A stretch of 64,000 nt of DNA from Eledone cirrhosa (GCA_964016885.1 OZ024741.1:68448001-68512000); one strand, 5' to 3'; shown: positions 40,001-53,683, counted from the first letter of the stretch. Notes: generated by a model not told the origin, from the sequence alone. Program-made: numbers and translations.

Positions 40001-40253
40001 GTAGCTGCAGGATTTGTTGTTCTTGTTCACTGATTAAAGTGTTCCCATAAATATTTACTGTGTGGTCATTGGTAAATTCTTCCGGTAGTTTTACATCAGT
40101 CATGCGGATATCGTTGAATTTATCTGGGTATTTTTGAGAATATTCTATTTTCCTTTCTAGTAGTTTTTTCTTATTCATCCATTCTAATTTCTTATTGAAG
40201 TGCCTATTGCATTCGTTTCGGGCGTATTTCGTTTCACGTCGGATGACGCTCAT
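37011..40253 (-). CDS. Uninterrupted Penelope-like RT plus GIY-YIG polyprotein (~1080 aa from the first non-microsatellite Met), possibly Naiad-like clade
   Basis: LPPKFA, PTDKS, PPLYGLRKDHK, PTRPVCGA, GSMDVVSLYP, Q.EGAAIG, RYVDD, LPVLD, CIIC..C..NVVYSIRC..YIGETARS..R..H, LYKH..HH. The part of the listed ORF above ~40345 is microsatellite read-through. Confidence 0.92.
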   Translation of the reverse strand: MSVIRRETKYARNECNRHFNKKLEWMNKKKLLERKIEYSQKYPDKFNDIRMTDVKLPEEFTNDHTVNIYGNTLISEQEQQILQLPPKFAIYKKINPMECKMELEKCFTKIRWNAKVNNNNNNNGSSNINNNFEYRNNSHNNNNSRKVRNSNNGNNTNDRQNNNNHNNNNNRNINHRHRSSDHSSNNGNNTNNNNNNHSGNNGNNTCSNINDRHNKNKKHNKSNNHNGRNNSNNNNNGEVNNNTSSNHNNNNNANDRNNNNHHDDNNSNTHNYDDRYNDNPLEKLFFNPADKTYKMGNIYPTRLPFNKRVCIPQQIDDETEAQFTIARNKIRQIVDRYTERQSRPEAQQLGRKPVEGLVSLKQRTRDDEVVCLPTDKSSRMSIDSMPNYIKAMQPHITNTSEIAQQTHDGREKILNAHMMMWTDILKPSRRTANNFQASNNGIPPLYGLRKDHKTVDDTTTGPPTRPVCGANIASNYRISYFLSMVIRPIIKMSPDVCNSTEDLLSRISECNKNRNLSNCIIGSMDVVSLYPFINIDFAVKKCVEMIIESEVEFCDVDTDELGLLLRLTYDTDYLDSHHLRRFFPSRPIRGRPPTITTMAKKTPMGRWIGWTTAIRTPQNNDQVRKMVAHAIGASIKTTLKGHIFKFNEKIYTQNEGAAIGVSIAGDVANLFMVWWERRLKDLLSESSIDLIMYSRYVDDINIVIRTSPLESTNKFDLERSTMESIQQIANSIHQSITVTIDFPSKHPNNRLPVLDTELWINTIDERAQILHSHYAKPMASKYLILKNSAMSSSAKFNILNADLVRVMKNVSRMCDPTEMERHIQHFINRMQFSGYNQRDRVRVYEGAMEKYKTLIELDMKGICPLYRSKSWNSLDRARHKIGNATSWYDNQRYQSVMFVDATPGGKLANQCRKALRKTHLKMKVVEKPGTTIKSLISKTYPFKKTHCTNRKCIICKVNPRINCKTRNVVYSIRCTEGTCRNMTTTYIGETARSIGERIDQHWGELKGRKNGSVLYKHARQHHDGNIDNIELRIISKHRNDPADRQIREASEIELRRPRLNRKNEWNNNNTQTNNTDLREV

Positions 40254-40433
40254 GAAGTTATCTCTCTCGTTTGGCGTGGTGAGATTTCGGACTTCCTTAC
40301 CGTTAATGCGTTTCTGTCTGTAAAGTTCGTTGACTTTTGTGTATGTTATAAATACATATATATATATATACACACACATATACATATATATACACACACA
40401 CACACACATATATATATATACACACACACACAC

Positions 40434-40496
<63 letters not shown>

Positions 40497-40571
40497 TATA
40501 TACACACACACACACACATATATACACACACACACACACACATATATACACACACACACACACACATATAT

Positions 40572-40820
<249 letters not shown>

Positions 40821-41063
40821 ATATATATATATCACAGAAAAAAGAGAATAAGTGTTGAGACGAATGGAATTTATTGGACATATTACAATCGTTTCGCTGG
40901 CGACAAGCTTGAGACACGATCGATATCATACTCTGCTCTATGAGAGCATCGAGTGCTCATACGGCCTACCGCATACGGACGCTTTAACACCAATTATATA
41001 TATATATATACTCTTTATGCACCAGCATAATAATATATGATTTCTATTCCATCTTTTCTACAG

Positions 41064-41190
41064 TTATCTAATGTTACTAATCATCACAGGAATGCCCAGT
41101 TTCGTCAGCCTTCTACAAATTCTCTGGAACGTACCATTTCTTAAGAGATCTAAAGTATCACAATGTCCATCGCCGGCAAGTTTGATTGTG
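41064..41190 (+). CDS. Chs: Chitin synthase exon (N-terminal TM domain)
   Basis: tttctacag|T YLMLLIITGMPSFVSLLQILWNVPFLKRSKVSQCPSPASLIV|gtaag; ends in phase 0, matching the next exon. Confidence 0.65.
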
Positions 41191-42014
41191 GTAAGAAGGC
41201 ATTTTTATCATCACCATTCTTCTTCTTCTTCTTCTTCTTCATGAGAGGGTTGTGGGGACAGAGTCCTCAAACACTTCTTCCATCGAGTCCTGTCAGAATC
41301 AATTGTCTCCAACTGATCCGGCTAGACTCTCAAGCGAGACCAGCCAACTCATGGATGCTATCCAACCATCTTGCTCGGGGTCTACCACTGGAGCTCCTGT
41401 CGGTTGGCTTTTGCTTGTAAGTTGCCCCACTAAGCATAACAATTTCGTTGTTTGCAAACTGTAGCCACATCAAAATCGGACTTGGAAGACTGAGTTTTGG
41501 AGGGGAAGTGTTTCATTAGAGCCACCAATCAATTTCGAATTCAGGGACAAGTTGGTGATAGTGAGAGGTCCAATAACCTTCTTAACCTCGCCTACCAGCA
41601 CACAGTAAGACTAACATGAACCATAATCTCATGCGGAGACAGACCGTTGAAATGACAGCTCCAGAGGTTTTGGTCTGTCTCCGTATTACTACATTACGTT
41701 GCTTTATATATGGATTACAAATCGATTGCGTTGTTCCATCTGAAGACGCTGTGACATTGATTGAGTCATGGTATCATAATGTAGTAATCTCGCAACAGAA
41801 ATAGATATCATGGCTATTGTGTAATTAAAGAAATTTTGAAATCTAGTCTTAGTGTTGTCTTATTGATGTATTTAACTCCGTCATACAATACCATATCAGA
41901 ATTGAGACAATTCACATGACGTCGTGTGCTCTTTCCGAACAACACTATGGTTTTCCTAATCGCAGCACACGCTAACAATTAGGAAGCACTCTTTAAACCT
42001 ATAACATTAGTATA

Positions 42015-42101
<87 letters not shown>

Positions 42102-42584
42102 TGTATGTTTAATTAAAAACATTTTGAAGACCATTCGCTATGAGTTTTAAAGTAGTGACTATGTCACTTACTTATTCTCGGCAAAAAACAAAGAAGAGTG
42201 ATCGACAGTCTGTTTCTCGCTTCAAGACCACACACTCCCTTGCTTCTGCCGAGATATATAGAAGCTGGATTCTTATCGAATTCCAGTAATATTTAAGAGC
42301 TGATTAAACAGAACGATTGTCGGTCCAGCAAACATTAGGTTTTAGTATTGGCGCTCTGAAATAACGATGTATACATGAATGTATGTATAGTATATTTGGC
42401 AAAATACTGTATGTTTAATTAAAAACATTTTGAAGAGCATTCGCCATGAGTCTCAAAGCAGCGACTATGTCCCTTACTTATTCTCGGCAAAAAACAACGG
42501 AGAGTGGTCGACAGTCTGTTTCTCGATTTTTAGTGTTTATCAAGACCACACGCTCCCTTGCCACTGCCGAGAATTATAGAAGCT

Positions 42585-42671
<87 letters not shown>

Positions 42672-42798
42672 TATATATATATATATACACATATATACAC
42701 ATTCATGCATATATACATACACATTAATACATACATACACGATTTTCTCAATGTTTCCACCTTTGTACTATACAGTTTTATTCCTATATTTCTACAAG

Positions 42799-42945
42799 GG
42801 TATTACCAGTCAGATGATTGAAGGTGTATGTCTCGTGTTTTTCGCAGCCACTGTGGCTCCTATACTTCCGATCTACATTTTAATTCCACTTTTAAACGGA
42901 GTTCTTACCATTCCAATTCTCCTGGAAGAAATTTCTAAACTGAAG
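42799..42945 (+). CDS. Chs: Chitin synthase exon (N-terminal TM domain)
   Basis: ctacaag|GITSQMIEGVCLVFFAATVAPILPIYILIPLLNGVLTIPILLEEISKLK|gtaat; 49 codons, phase 0-0. Confidence 0.7.
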
Positions 42946-44302
42946 GTAATATTTTTTGCAAAGAATTTGTTGGATCGACAAAATTAGAGTGACAGAAAAA
43001 ATGCACCTCCTTTCTAAGTTTAAATTCCTCCGAAGTAACATTTGTCTTTCATCCTTCCACGATCGATAAAACAACATATTAGTCCAATACTAGTTGGATT
43101 AAAAATATACACTGCTTTCTTATCAAGCCTAAAGCCTGTCGGTCACTACTTCTGTTAGAATTTTTTTTATTATATTCAAGATGCCGGACTAAATGCCTGT
43201 TTTTTTTTGCAAGCTTACTTTTATGTTCTGGGTTTAAATCCCACTGATGTTGACTTTGTATTTCGACCATTCGAGAAGCATAAAATAAAGTTCCAGTATA
43301 ATATTTGTGTCTCGATTCATGCGGATTAGTCTCCACCAAAAATATGTGACTCCATGTATCTGTTCTAAATTATTATACACATTACATTCATGTCTCTTGT
43401 CTTTTCTTTGTCAATTTATCACAGGAAATGAATAATTTAAGAAAACATAACTTAATTCTGGAGAACACTAATATATTTCTCTGCAATACTACAATATTCT
43501 TTTACTGTTTCAGTCATTAGAATAGCGCTATGCTGTGGGCCTTGGAGAGATTTAGCCTCACATATCAACCACAGTAATTATTTTTTATAAGGTACCATGC
43601 CTATGTAATTGAATATGTATTGAGTATTGCTTTCTTTTAATAGTATCCTACAAACTACCATTATGTAAAACAATTTCTTACCGTAGATGGACAAATAAGC
43701 TCTGAAATGTGGATACCACCGCATGAAAGCTTTGCCTTTCATCCTTACGGGGTCGATAAAATAAAGTACCAGTCACATACTGGAGTCGATTTAATCGACT
43801 TTCCCCTCCCCCAAATTTGCTGGCCTCGTGCCTAATTCAGAAAACATTATTTTTGCATATATTATAAGCAGTAGAATTTGGTCTGAAATTGCATGTTGAA
43901 ATTTAAATACACAGTATTGGATTTGAAAAAGTCATATTTACTACTTATTAAACAAATGGGCCACAGATACCTGATGCTAAGTGTCTTCATTAACCGATAA
44001 TATTGGTTTCTGATTTAGGCATAAGGCCAACATTTGGGGAGGAGGGGAAAAGTTGATTAAATCAACCCCAGGTATTTTATTTTATCGACCCCGTAAGGAT
44101 GAAAGGCAAAGCTAACCTCGGCTTTATGACGTAACTGTGCCATAAAGCATGTTTTCCGACGCTCTACCGATACTGCCAATCCATCGTCCTTCACTAACCA
44201 ATAATATTAACTAACATCTTTCACTATATATTTACAACATAGGTACTTATTTAATACTTCTCACATATTTGTGCTGTCTGTGGCTGTAATTTATCTTTTT
44301 AG

Positions 44303-44498
44303 AAAAACTCACACCCAAAATTCCAGATATTTCCCAACAATGAACAAATATCTCGACACCGGATCTTGTGGAAAATTATTTCCACTTTGGTTATATCCTT
44401 GCTACCAACGGTGATAGGTTGTCTTCTCTACATCCGGGGCGTAATAACACGTGACCAAGCTTTCTGCATTTCGGCAACGGTGTTTGGTCTTTCTATTG
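44303..44498 (+). CDS. Chs: Chitin synthase exon (N-terminal TM domain)
   Basis: tttttag|KNSHPKFQ..WKIISTLVISLLPTVIGCLLYIRG..VFGLSI G|gtaag; phase 0-1, joins to VWWPE. Confidence 0.7.
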
Positions 44499-45068
44499 GT
44501 AAGTTTGGGCTTTCTATTGTTACCTGGAGTTGTCTCCCGTAATTGCTGAAATAATTAAACCATCATTAGACAACAACTAATATTGTATAATTATTTCCAG
44601 TTATGTTAAGTTAAGTTAGCCTTTTATTGTTCCCTGCTAACTCTAACTTACCTATTCCTAAATATAATGAGCTGGATTTACATAAATGACGGAACAGACT
44701 AACTACCTTACAGTATTTAGTTTCGTCCCTTTGGAGTAATTGTGTCTGATCTAAATAGCATTTTTAATGTACCTTCTGTGTTTTGAATCTAAATCTGTAT
44801 AATATCAACATTGCCTTCATTGAGGAAGCGAAAGTCGATTGTACTTGATTGTATTTGATTTCATCGACCCCAGAAAGGTGAAAGGCAAAGTTGATCTCAA
44901 TGGGATTTCAACTCAGAGCGAAAAGAGCCGAGACAAATAGTGCAAATCATTTTATGCGCCGCTCTAACGATTTTGCTAATTTATCGCTCTGGAAAAAGAA
45001 ATAATAATCTTTATATTATCAAATTATAATCCGTTCTAATTTCATAAAATATATTATGGTCTTTTCAG

Positions 45069-47064
45069 TGTGGTGGCCGGAATTACGAACATATACTTTA
45101 AAGACGAAATTTTCTCCAGTTGAAAAACCCAAGAAAATTAGTATACTTTATGCTACTATCAAAGTAGCATCCATAATAATCAGTATTGGTATCCACTTTT
45201 ATATAACTGTCGAAGGCTCGCCGAATTTCAGCGAAATATTTTCTCAGTTAATACGAGGAATTGATCAGTTGCTAAAATGGACGATAGGTCTCCCACTAAT
45301 TTTGAATTTTACCTCAGCCCTCTTCTCACATGCACTGGCATATTTGACACTAGCTCTATCTATTAATACGTTTGGAATTGTTATTCCTTCCATCACGTCT
45401 AGTGCTGCAGCTATAGCTTTGTGCCGCACATTTCTCGGAGCCAAATTCTACGCCATTAGCGAAGAAGTAGATTCTAGGACGTTTCTCCCAATCGCAGTTG
45501 CTACTCTAGTAGCATTAGTAATTTGGTGCTACCCTTATTTGATAAAAACCTCTGACCTGATACCTAAACCACCTTTCTTGTTTATACCGTTTGAAGCGGT
45601 TTTTCATTCTTATGGATGGGACTGTATATTCTTCGACCAGTATCTCATTCTTGGCATTAAAGACTTGAGGAAATACGAAAATGAAGCTGAAAAGAAAACG
45701 TCTGAGATAAGTAAAGCTAAATTAAGTCAGATATTTGTTTGTACTACAATGTACAGAGAAGCTGATTATGAAATGGAACGTTTCCTAATGAGCCTGCGTG
45801 GTCTATCAACCTCTTCAATATTGAATGATGTTATAATGGAAGCACACATATTCATGGACAACGGTTGTACGTCTACATCACTGAAAGAATTCGCTCAGCA
45901 ACTTGTAGAACTTTCTCAGCAGAAACTGAATCTAAGCATTTCTGATGGTAGTTGTGCAGAGACTCCTTACGGGATTCAGATATCTTGGAAACTACCTGGG
46001 GGCATGCCATTATATATGCATTTCAAAGATCCATTAAAGATTAAACCGAAAAAGCGTTGGAGTCAAGCCATGTATTTCCAATACATATTACGGTTTAGGT
46101 TAATACAGAATGTGGACAGATATCAACTAAAAACGGGAGCCTGTTATTTCGTTTCTGATCATATTGCTGAAAAGAAAATGGGGAAACATATCTCTCCGCA
46201 AAATCTCACCGCACTTATTGGAACTAGATTTTTCAATAAATCCAAAAGTTCAATAAATCCAAAAGTTAAAAATTCCAAGAATCATGCAAAAACAGACAAC
46301 AATTCTTCTATTTTACAGAGGTCTAGTATATTCGAACACAATATTGAAAAAGTTGGATATCCAACATTGTTTACAAATCAGAGCTCTGTTGAAATTTCTT
46401 CTGAAAATGTCGTACTTAATGAAACAGAGAAGGCAGAACATTCAATAGAAACTCATGTATCTGACATGAAGACATCATCAACAGTATCTTCAATTGTCAG
46501 TGACGACCAAGTTAACAGTATGGCAGCTTTATATATGCCAGGTTCATCACAAACGGCATTTCAATCCGCATATGTCATCGATACAGCAACTGCAACGGAT
46601 ACAATGTTCAAGGAAACGGACAAAGAAGAGTCTACTTCACCAAATAAAATATACCAAATGGAATCAAATGTATTGGATAATTCTTTTGATTCTGACACGT
46701 TTTCGGATGTTTCTTCCATTTCGTCACATGGAAACACAAAGGATTCAAAGATATTAGACATTGAAGTGAAAACTGAAATATCACACTCGACGAAGACTAA
46801 GAATCAATGGAACGCTTCGTCACTGCCCGTAGTACAGAGCATCCCAGCATCTACCAATATGAGACACAATAGTCACATTTCCCCAATTCCCCAAAGTAAG
46901 GCAAATCAGATGACCTTCGATGAAGTACTACCTGTAGAAAATGCCAACGGTTCTATTCACCCGCCCCTATGTTCTGAAGATGTCTTGAAGGATAGACCAC
47001 ACGCGGTATCATATTTGGAGAAAATATCTGGAGAATCGTACTGGGAGAAGACGTCAGATGCAAG
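45069..47064 (+). CDS. Chs: Chitin synthase large exon (TM helices, start of GT2 domain, long Ser/Thr-rich insert)
   Basis: ttttcag|..WWPE..; IFVCTTMYRE, EAHIFMDNG, TPYG, HFKD..KKRWSQAMY; ends AG|gtaaat in phase 2. Confidence 0.92.
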
Positions 47065-48803
47065 GTAAATGTAAATATAAAACTATTTTCACCTCTTTTA
47101 ATCTAAAAAGATATATATGAAAGATAAAAAAAATGACACACATATCAACCATAATAATACGACACATCTGTTTGTATATTTATATATATCTCCGTCTGTA
47201 ACTTTTCAAAATTTACACACACAAACATAGACACAATACATTCCCTATGTTAGCCATGTTGCTACAAGTTCGCTTTCCAGTCACAAGGTTATAAGTTTTA
47301 ACCCTACATTTGTCTCTACAAATAGTTGTTTCTCCAATGTTACTCATATATTTAATCCTGTATGTCATTTGTATATACGTGCTGAAAATTTATATATTTA
47401 TATCTTAGAAATTAAATTTTGAAACATTTTAATCTTTAATCACATCTACGTGCCTGTAATCAACATACATCATATGCAAACCATAATACTCTGATAATAT
47501 GATTGCTTATATAATCTGTAATCCCATTATATATGGCTTTCCCATCCTGAACTCCAAAAATGAAATATATTCATCGCTCTTACAGTCATTATTGAATGCA
47601 GTGGTCCACCAGTAATTTAATAAATATTCATATTCTTGTTCAGGGCAGTCACAACATTTAGATAAGGCTTGTCTTGTTGCTTAATTGAACTTATTAAGTA
47701 AGACATTTACTTTTTGGATGAGTATGGTAGTCTATTCCAGTTTTTACTTGCATCATAGTATTTTAATATTGGATCCAAGAAAAGGGTGGTGGATTGGCAG
47801 TATCAGTAGAGCGTCGGGCACCCAGCTTCGCGGTATAGAGTTACGACCCTTTGCGTTCAGAGTTCAAATCCCAAAGGTTAGTTTTGCCTTTCATCCTTAC
47901 AGGGCCGATGAATAAAAGCACCAGTAATGCACTGACGTCTATTTAATAGACTTTTCCATCTCCTTCAAATTGATGGCCTTGTGCCTAAAGTAGACACAAT
48001 ATTGGATAGAAGAAAAACGCGTCATTTATAAAGTTATCTCCCCCTGAATACTGGGCATATGTGAACATATGAGGTTTCAGTTTCAGATTTATTTGTTCGT
48101 TAATATATGCTCGTTTGTGTATGCTATGTTGTGTATTTTAATCTAATCTAATCTGGCCGAGATTACACTCGCAAATAAAAAGAACCAGGGCCGCCCCTAG
48201 GAGCATTGGATTTGGTGTACTTCATATTTGTTTCGGTTGCTAAATACAATCAGGGGTCGTTGCTTCTCCTGAAGGTCAAGATTTTTGATGTCTTAAAAAT
48301 ACGGTCATCTCGCTGGCTTTGTTTCTTTTCACAAATAGCTAAAAGCAACAACGAAGGCGTAGCCATGTGAGTTTTCATTTCACCTCCACATACACCGATA
48401 CACACATATACACCCACACAAACACACATATATATACCACATATACAGAGACCTCCCTCCACACACACATAACATACCTATGCTTATGCAAACATTATCT
48501 GTATTACCTAGTAATGTTTTCCCTATTTTCGTCTTTATGTTATGACAAGAATATTTGTACAAAGGTAGCGCCAGACTGCTAAATTATAAAGATGTATTTA
48601 ATGTATTTGATCTATGGTCCTATCATTATATAAGAAAGCTTGTGATTGTTTATATAAATATCAAATGCTCATTCTAGAAACAGAAGAATGTTTAACTTTA
48701 ACGGTGTATTTCGTGAGTAAATTGCGGGAAGCTAGTTATTATGCAATTTCTGTAACTTATTTATCTAATACACGCAGAAGTAGAGGACACAAAGATGCAC
48801 GCC

Positions 48804-48870
<67 letters not shown>

Positions 48871-48942
48871 TCACACACACACATTTGTGAAGATATATAT
48901 ATATGTGTGTATATGTGTATGAATGTGTGAATACATGGTCAC

Positions 48943-48992
<50 letters not shown>

Positions 48993-49861
48993 AGAAACGT
49001 GCGTTGATTGAAATATAAACAGTCTTTGGTCTTCCTTTCAACGTTATATATATATATATATAATTGAATGTGTATTTAATACACACTCACATACAAATAC
49101 ATACACACATATAATACAAAGGTAGAAAAAGTCATGTTAACAACATTTCACCCTCGTCGTAGTTTCAAGGTAGGTAAGAAAAGTCGAATCTTTTCATCAC
49201 AAGTAGAATCTGTAAAAGTATTGGGAAACAAACTTTGAAGGTCGTATGAATGCTGGGGCACAGAACACAGAACATAATTGTTTCTACTTTTGGCACAAGG
49301 CTAGCATTTACCCCAGTGCATTACTGGTACTTTATTTTATCGACTCCATAGGGATGAAAGGCTAAGCTAATCTTGGCGGGATTTTAACTCAGAACATAAA
49401 GGGCCATAACTCTATGCCGCAAACATGGTGTCTGACGCTCTACCGATACTGCCAATCCACAGAAAATAATGGGCGAATAACCAAGATGAAAAAGTTAATA
49501 ATGGTTTCTACTTTAGACACGAAACCAGAAATTTGAAAGGGAGGGGAAAGTCGATTAAATCGACCCCAGTGCATTACTGGTGCTTTATTTTATCGACCCC
49601 ATAAGGATGGAAGGCTAAGCTAATCTCGACGGGATTTGAACTCAGAACGTAAAGAGCCATATGGAGCTTGAGTAGGGATTTTTACCATTTTTATTTCACC
49701 CTTATATAGTTTTCAGTTCATCCTGTAGAAACATGTGTTAGAAGAATATAATTGTTTCTATTTTTGGCACAAGGCCAGCAGTTATCCCAGTGCATTACTG
49801 GTACTTAATATTATGTCTTAACGTTTTCATCTTGGCCATTCATCCCTTATATACAATATAT

Positions 49862-49906
49862 ATCCAACTGACTTGTTTCACTATTTGTAATTGCTTCCTC
49901 AGGGAT
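49862..49906 (-). ncRNA. Type I hammerhead fold (degenerate paralog near 54419-54463)
   Basis: RC: AUCC CUGAGGA A GCAAUU aca AAUAGU GAAA C aaguca G UU GGAU. Confidence 0.65.
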
Positions 49907-50674
49907 CGGTTCTAAAATTCGCACCCTCTTTAAGTGTCAAGGAAGTTTCTATGTGTGTATGTATATAGGCCTTGTGAATACACCGGTCGACGTAACGATA
50001 GTCGGCTGAAAAGTTCACAGGCTGACCAAGATACTCTCATGGAATGACGATATGAGGTTTATTTTTCAATATAGTCCCTGGAAAGACAATGTAGCTATCG
50101 ATAAGAAGAGTTGAAATAATTAATGCATGCAAGATTTCCATTACTCCTTCATAGTTAGCCAATAACATTTTCAGCCAACCCTTGAATGCCTGGACAATGT
50201 GGGAGAAAGCTCTCTGACGTACAGAACTCCAAGCGCATGTCACTTCATTGTTCCAGTGGATAGAGAAGAGAAAGCGTTACCACGGAAGATAGCGTGGGAA
50301 ACACGTTGAAATAGCTATTCCAACTCCCGGGGCTTTCTCCTGCGGGTGACTAATTCCGTCCCGATAGCAGCGAGTAGGGAGGTAGTTAGGGGAGCAAGAA
50401 TGCCAGGAGTCTCCACAGCTATTAGGTCCAACGAGAAACCTATCGCAAAGTTTTCCGATACTTGAACACAATGCGATCTTCTACTGGTCGGGTAACGAAG
50501 CCTGGGTCTGTCAACCGTTCTCTCTATTTCACCACCCTCTCTCTGTTTATGTCCTTCTATTTCCGTTCTTTGGGTTTAAGTGCTCTGTTATTAGACTATT
50601 TCATTTAGCCAAAGTTACAACGAAATCTAATTAAAATTCCAAATTCCGCTCGTCGTTTTCTAACATACGTTCTG

Positions 50675-50719
<45 letters not shown>

Positions 50720-50927
50720 CATTAGAAAGTGAGGTTTTTTTTACAAAATGAAAAATAACCGAGGTGTCCTACACGAGTGAAAGTATAAAGAAAAAGAGAT
50801 GAAATCGAAAATGCAACTATTTAAAAAAATATATATATATTTATTTGGTTCCTTTACCGGTTTCGCAGTTCTTCTGCTTTTCAAAAGTAGAGTTGAGATG
50901 GAGGGTCTGTGGTTTTTCTCACATCTG

Positions 50928-50965
<38 letters not shown>

Positions 50966-51781
50966 GTTATAATAAGTTTATGTGACTAGCATGGGTTTCA
51001 CTGCTAGTACCGGTTGTATCTCTGCGTATTTAATAAGTAATGTAATGTAAAATCCCAGAGTAGACACATAGTTATTCGCTTCAATATAACACCCGTAAAT
51101 GGGCACCTTTAACTATACCCGTACTCGAGAGTCGGCCACACTTAATTCAGTAACAGTGTGCAGAGCATATACTGTCTGCATTTATTATGCAATAATGCAC
51201 AATCAGCGCACGTCGCTTCAGCAGTTGGTTTCGCCGAATCAATAATCAATCGATCAACAGATTTCGATTTCAGTCTTTGACTGAATGTCACGGTCAACAC
51301 AGTCAAACAATAGCAACTGAAATCCTCACGCGTCATCACAATGCCGTCAACCGATTGGCTACAGTTTCAGAAATTTACGTGACGGGAGAAGTCGAAATTC
51401 AAATACTTCCGCTCCAGCCAGAGGCTGTCGCCAAGATATCTCAAACAAATTAACAAGCGAGTGAAAAATTGGTTATTGGAGAAAACCAGTCTCCAATAGC
51501 TGTACACAAGAATGGTAGCATTCAGCTCCAGTCTCCTAGTACTATGGAAAAATAGTTTGACAGTATCAATGGTAGTGACTAAAGCCTTTCCGGACTTTAA
51601 ATACCAACAGGCGATTCGACAGTGATATAGAGTTAGCGTTGCTTAGAATTCGAAATCTATATATTTAGATCAACCATGTGCATAAACCAGTCAATTTCAC
51701 AACTTGCACGATTCAATAGGTGAGTGAGACAGAAATATAGAACATGTATTAGAGCTCATATTAAACAATATGTATATATAT

Positions 51782-51900
<119 letters not shown>

Positions 51901-51920
51901 AACGTATGCATACTTACGCG

Positions 51921-51951
<31 letters not shown>

Positions 51952-52171
51952 GTGTGTGTGTGTGTATGTGTGTATTACGATGTTTGTTTAAGAAACCATA
52001 TTACTTATGACATTCAAACATTAACTTGAATGACCGATCAATATTAATAGGTAGGAATGTGACAGTAACTTCGAAGTTTCAGTTTTGTGTTTTCTATGAA
52101 TACACTGAACTTCAACGAATCCATTAAAATGACTTAGGATATTTCCTATTTGCTTTATATTTCTCAAACAG

Positions 52172-52377
52172 ATGGATTGGAGCAGCCGGAGTTGATAAGA
52201 GCCAGGTCTATATTTTGGCCACCGACGCAGATATGGAATTTAAGGACTCAGCTGTATTGGAACTACTTCAGATGTGTAATAACGACAAACGTATAGGCGC
52301 TGCCTGCGGAAGAACACATCCCCAAGGAAAGAGGACAGGCCCGGTGGTGTGGCATCAGATATTTGAATATGCAAAAG
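52172..52377 (+). CDS. Chs: Chitin synthase exon (DxD motif); absent from the ORF track
   Basis: aaacag|A WIGAAGVDKSQVYILATDADMEF..GAACGRTHP..VVWHQIFEYAK G|gtgaat; phase 2-1. Confidence 0.93.
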
Positions 52378-52946
52378 GTGAATAGAATTTTAAAACAATC
52401 AGTAATTGGCTTGTTTTCTATATATTATTTTACTGGCACAAGGGGTGGCGGATTGGCTGTATCCGCCATTTGCGGCATAGAGTTATGACGCCTTACGTTC
52501 TGAGTTCAAATCCCGCTGAGGTAAGCTTTGCATTTCATCCTTACGGGGTTGATAAAATTAAGCACACCAATAACACGCTGGGGTCGATTTAATCGACTTT
52601 CCTCTCCCCCCAGTTGCTGGCTTTGTGACTGTAGTAGAAATCATTATTTTACTGATACAAATCTTACGAAATGTATGAATATGTTCTTTTTATTATTTAC
52701 TCAGGATGGAAGAGCTGTGTTCACAATGAGACTTTTTAAAGCTCCCCAAACTGGTGAAAATGAGGAGGAAGGTATCTTCAAACTGATTATTATTTGAATG
52801 GGACATAGCAGTTGGGATTGTATTAGATCCTTATTTGATTTTTTCCCAATCACCATGGATTACAGAATTGTCTTTCTTGCTTTTCTTGAGAGGAATTACC
52901 ATTCTCATGAATAAGATTTCTTTTCATTGATATTAAATTTTAATTA

Positions 52947-53601
52947 CTCTCGGGTCTCGAATAATCTGCTCCCTCCCCAACGCTTATTAATTTTTCAGAT
53001 ATTTTCCATCCCCACCGCCTATTAAATTTTGCTAATCTGTCTCCGGCGAAATTTTATTTTAAGTGGTAGCATTGCTGGCAATTCATTTTCTTTAGACATT
53101 AAAAAACATTATACATGACAAAAAAGTACATTACTAGAAATAGCATACGTTATAAATTAAATACGATAGGTTGGGGTCTCAATATATAAATTTATTTTTT
53201 TCATTTTGAAATGTTTATTTTCAATATAGAAATAATAAAAAAAGTGGAAACAAAAGGAAAAGAATAGGGATATATAGAAAAAAAAAGAGAAAGGAAGAAG
53301 AAAAATAACGGGAAGGGGAGGGGATGGCAAGCGTTCTGGTGTCGCGGAAGAAAGGGGAGGAGCGAAGGAGGAGGATTATTGGGCCTAGGGCAAGAGGGCA
53401 GAAGTGCTGCACCCCGTTGACAAGACGGCAAAAGCATTTTCACGGACGATGTCCAGTGACACCCGCTGGAACAGCCTCTCAACCTTGCGGGGACTAATTC
53501 TTATTAAAAAAAAAAAATCAACGGAGACAAGCTTGAAAATTATCGATTCCGGCCCCTTACCCCGCTTATTCCAACCCCGCCTATTATTTGAGGCCCGAGA
53601 G
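52947..53601. mobile_element. MITE with ~19-bp TIRs and TA target duplication (Tc1/mariner/pogo-type)
   Basis: ta-ctctcgggtctcgaataat ... attatttgaggcccgagag-ta. Confidence 0.8.
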
Positions 53602-53683
53602 TAATTAATCATTACTTTCGAGCTCACCACATTAATGTCGATTACAAAATAAATCAGCTAATTGTTAAATCCTGCCATTATAG

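Noticed and set aside
42101-42588. ~305-bp spaced direct duplication as a third retrozyme candidate
   Set aside because: No ribozyme core found on either strand; treated as an ordinary local duplication or repeat.
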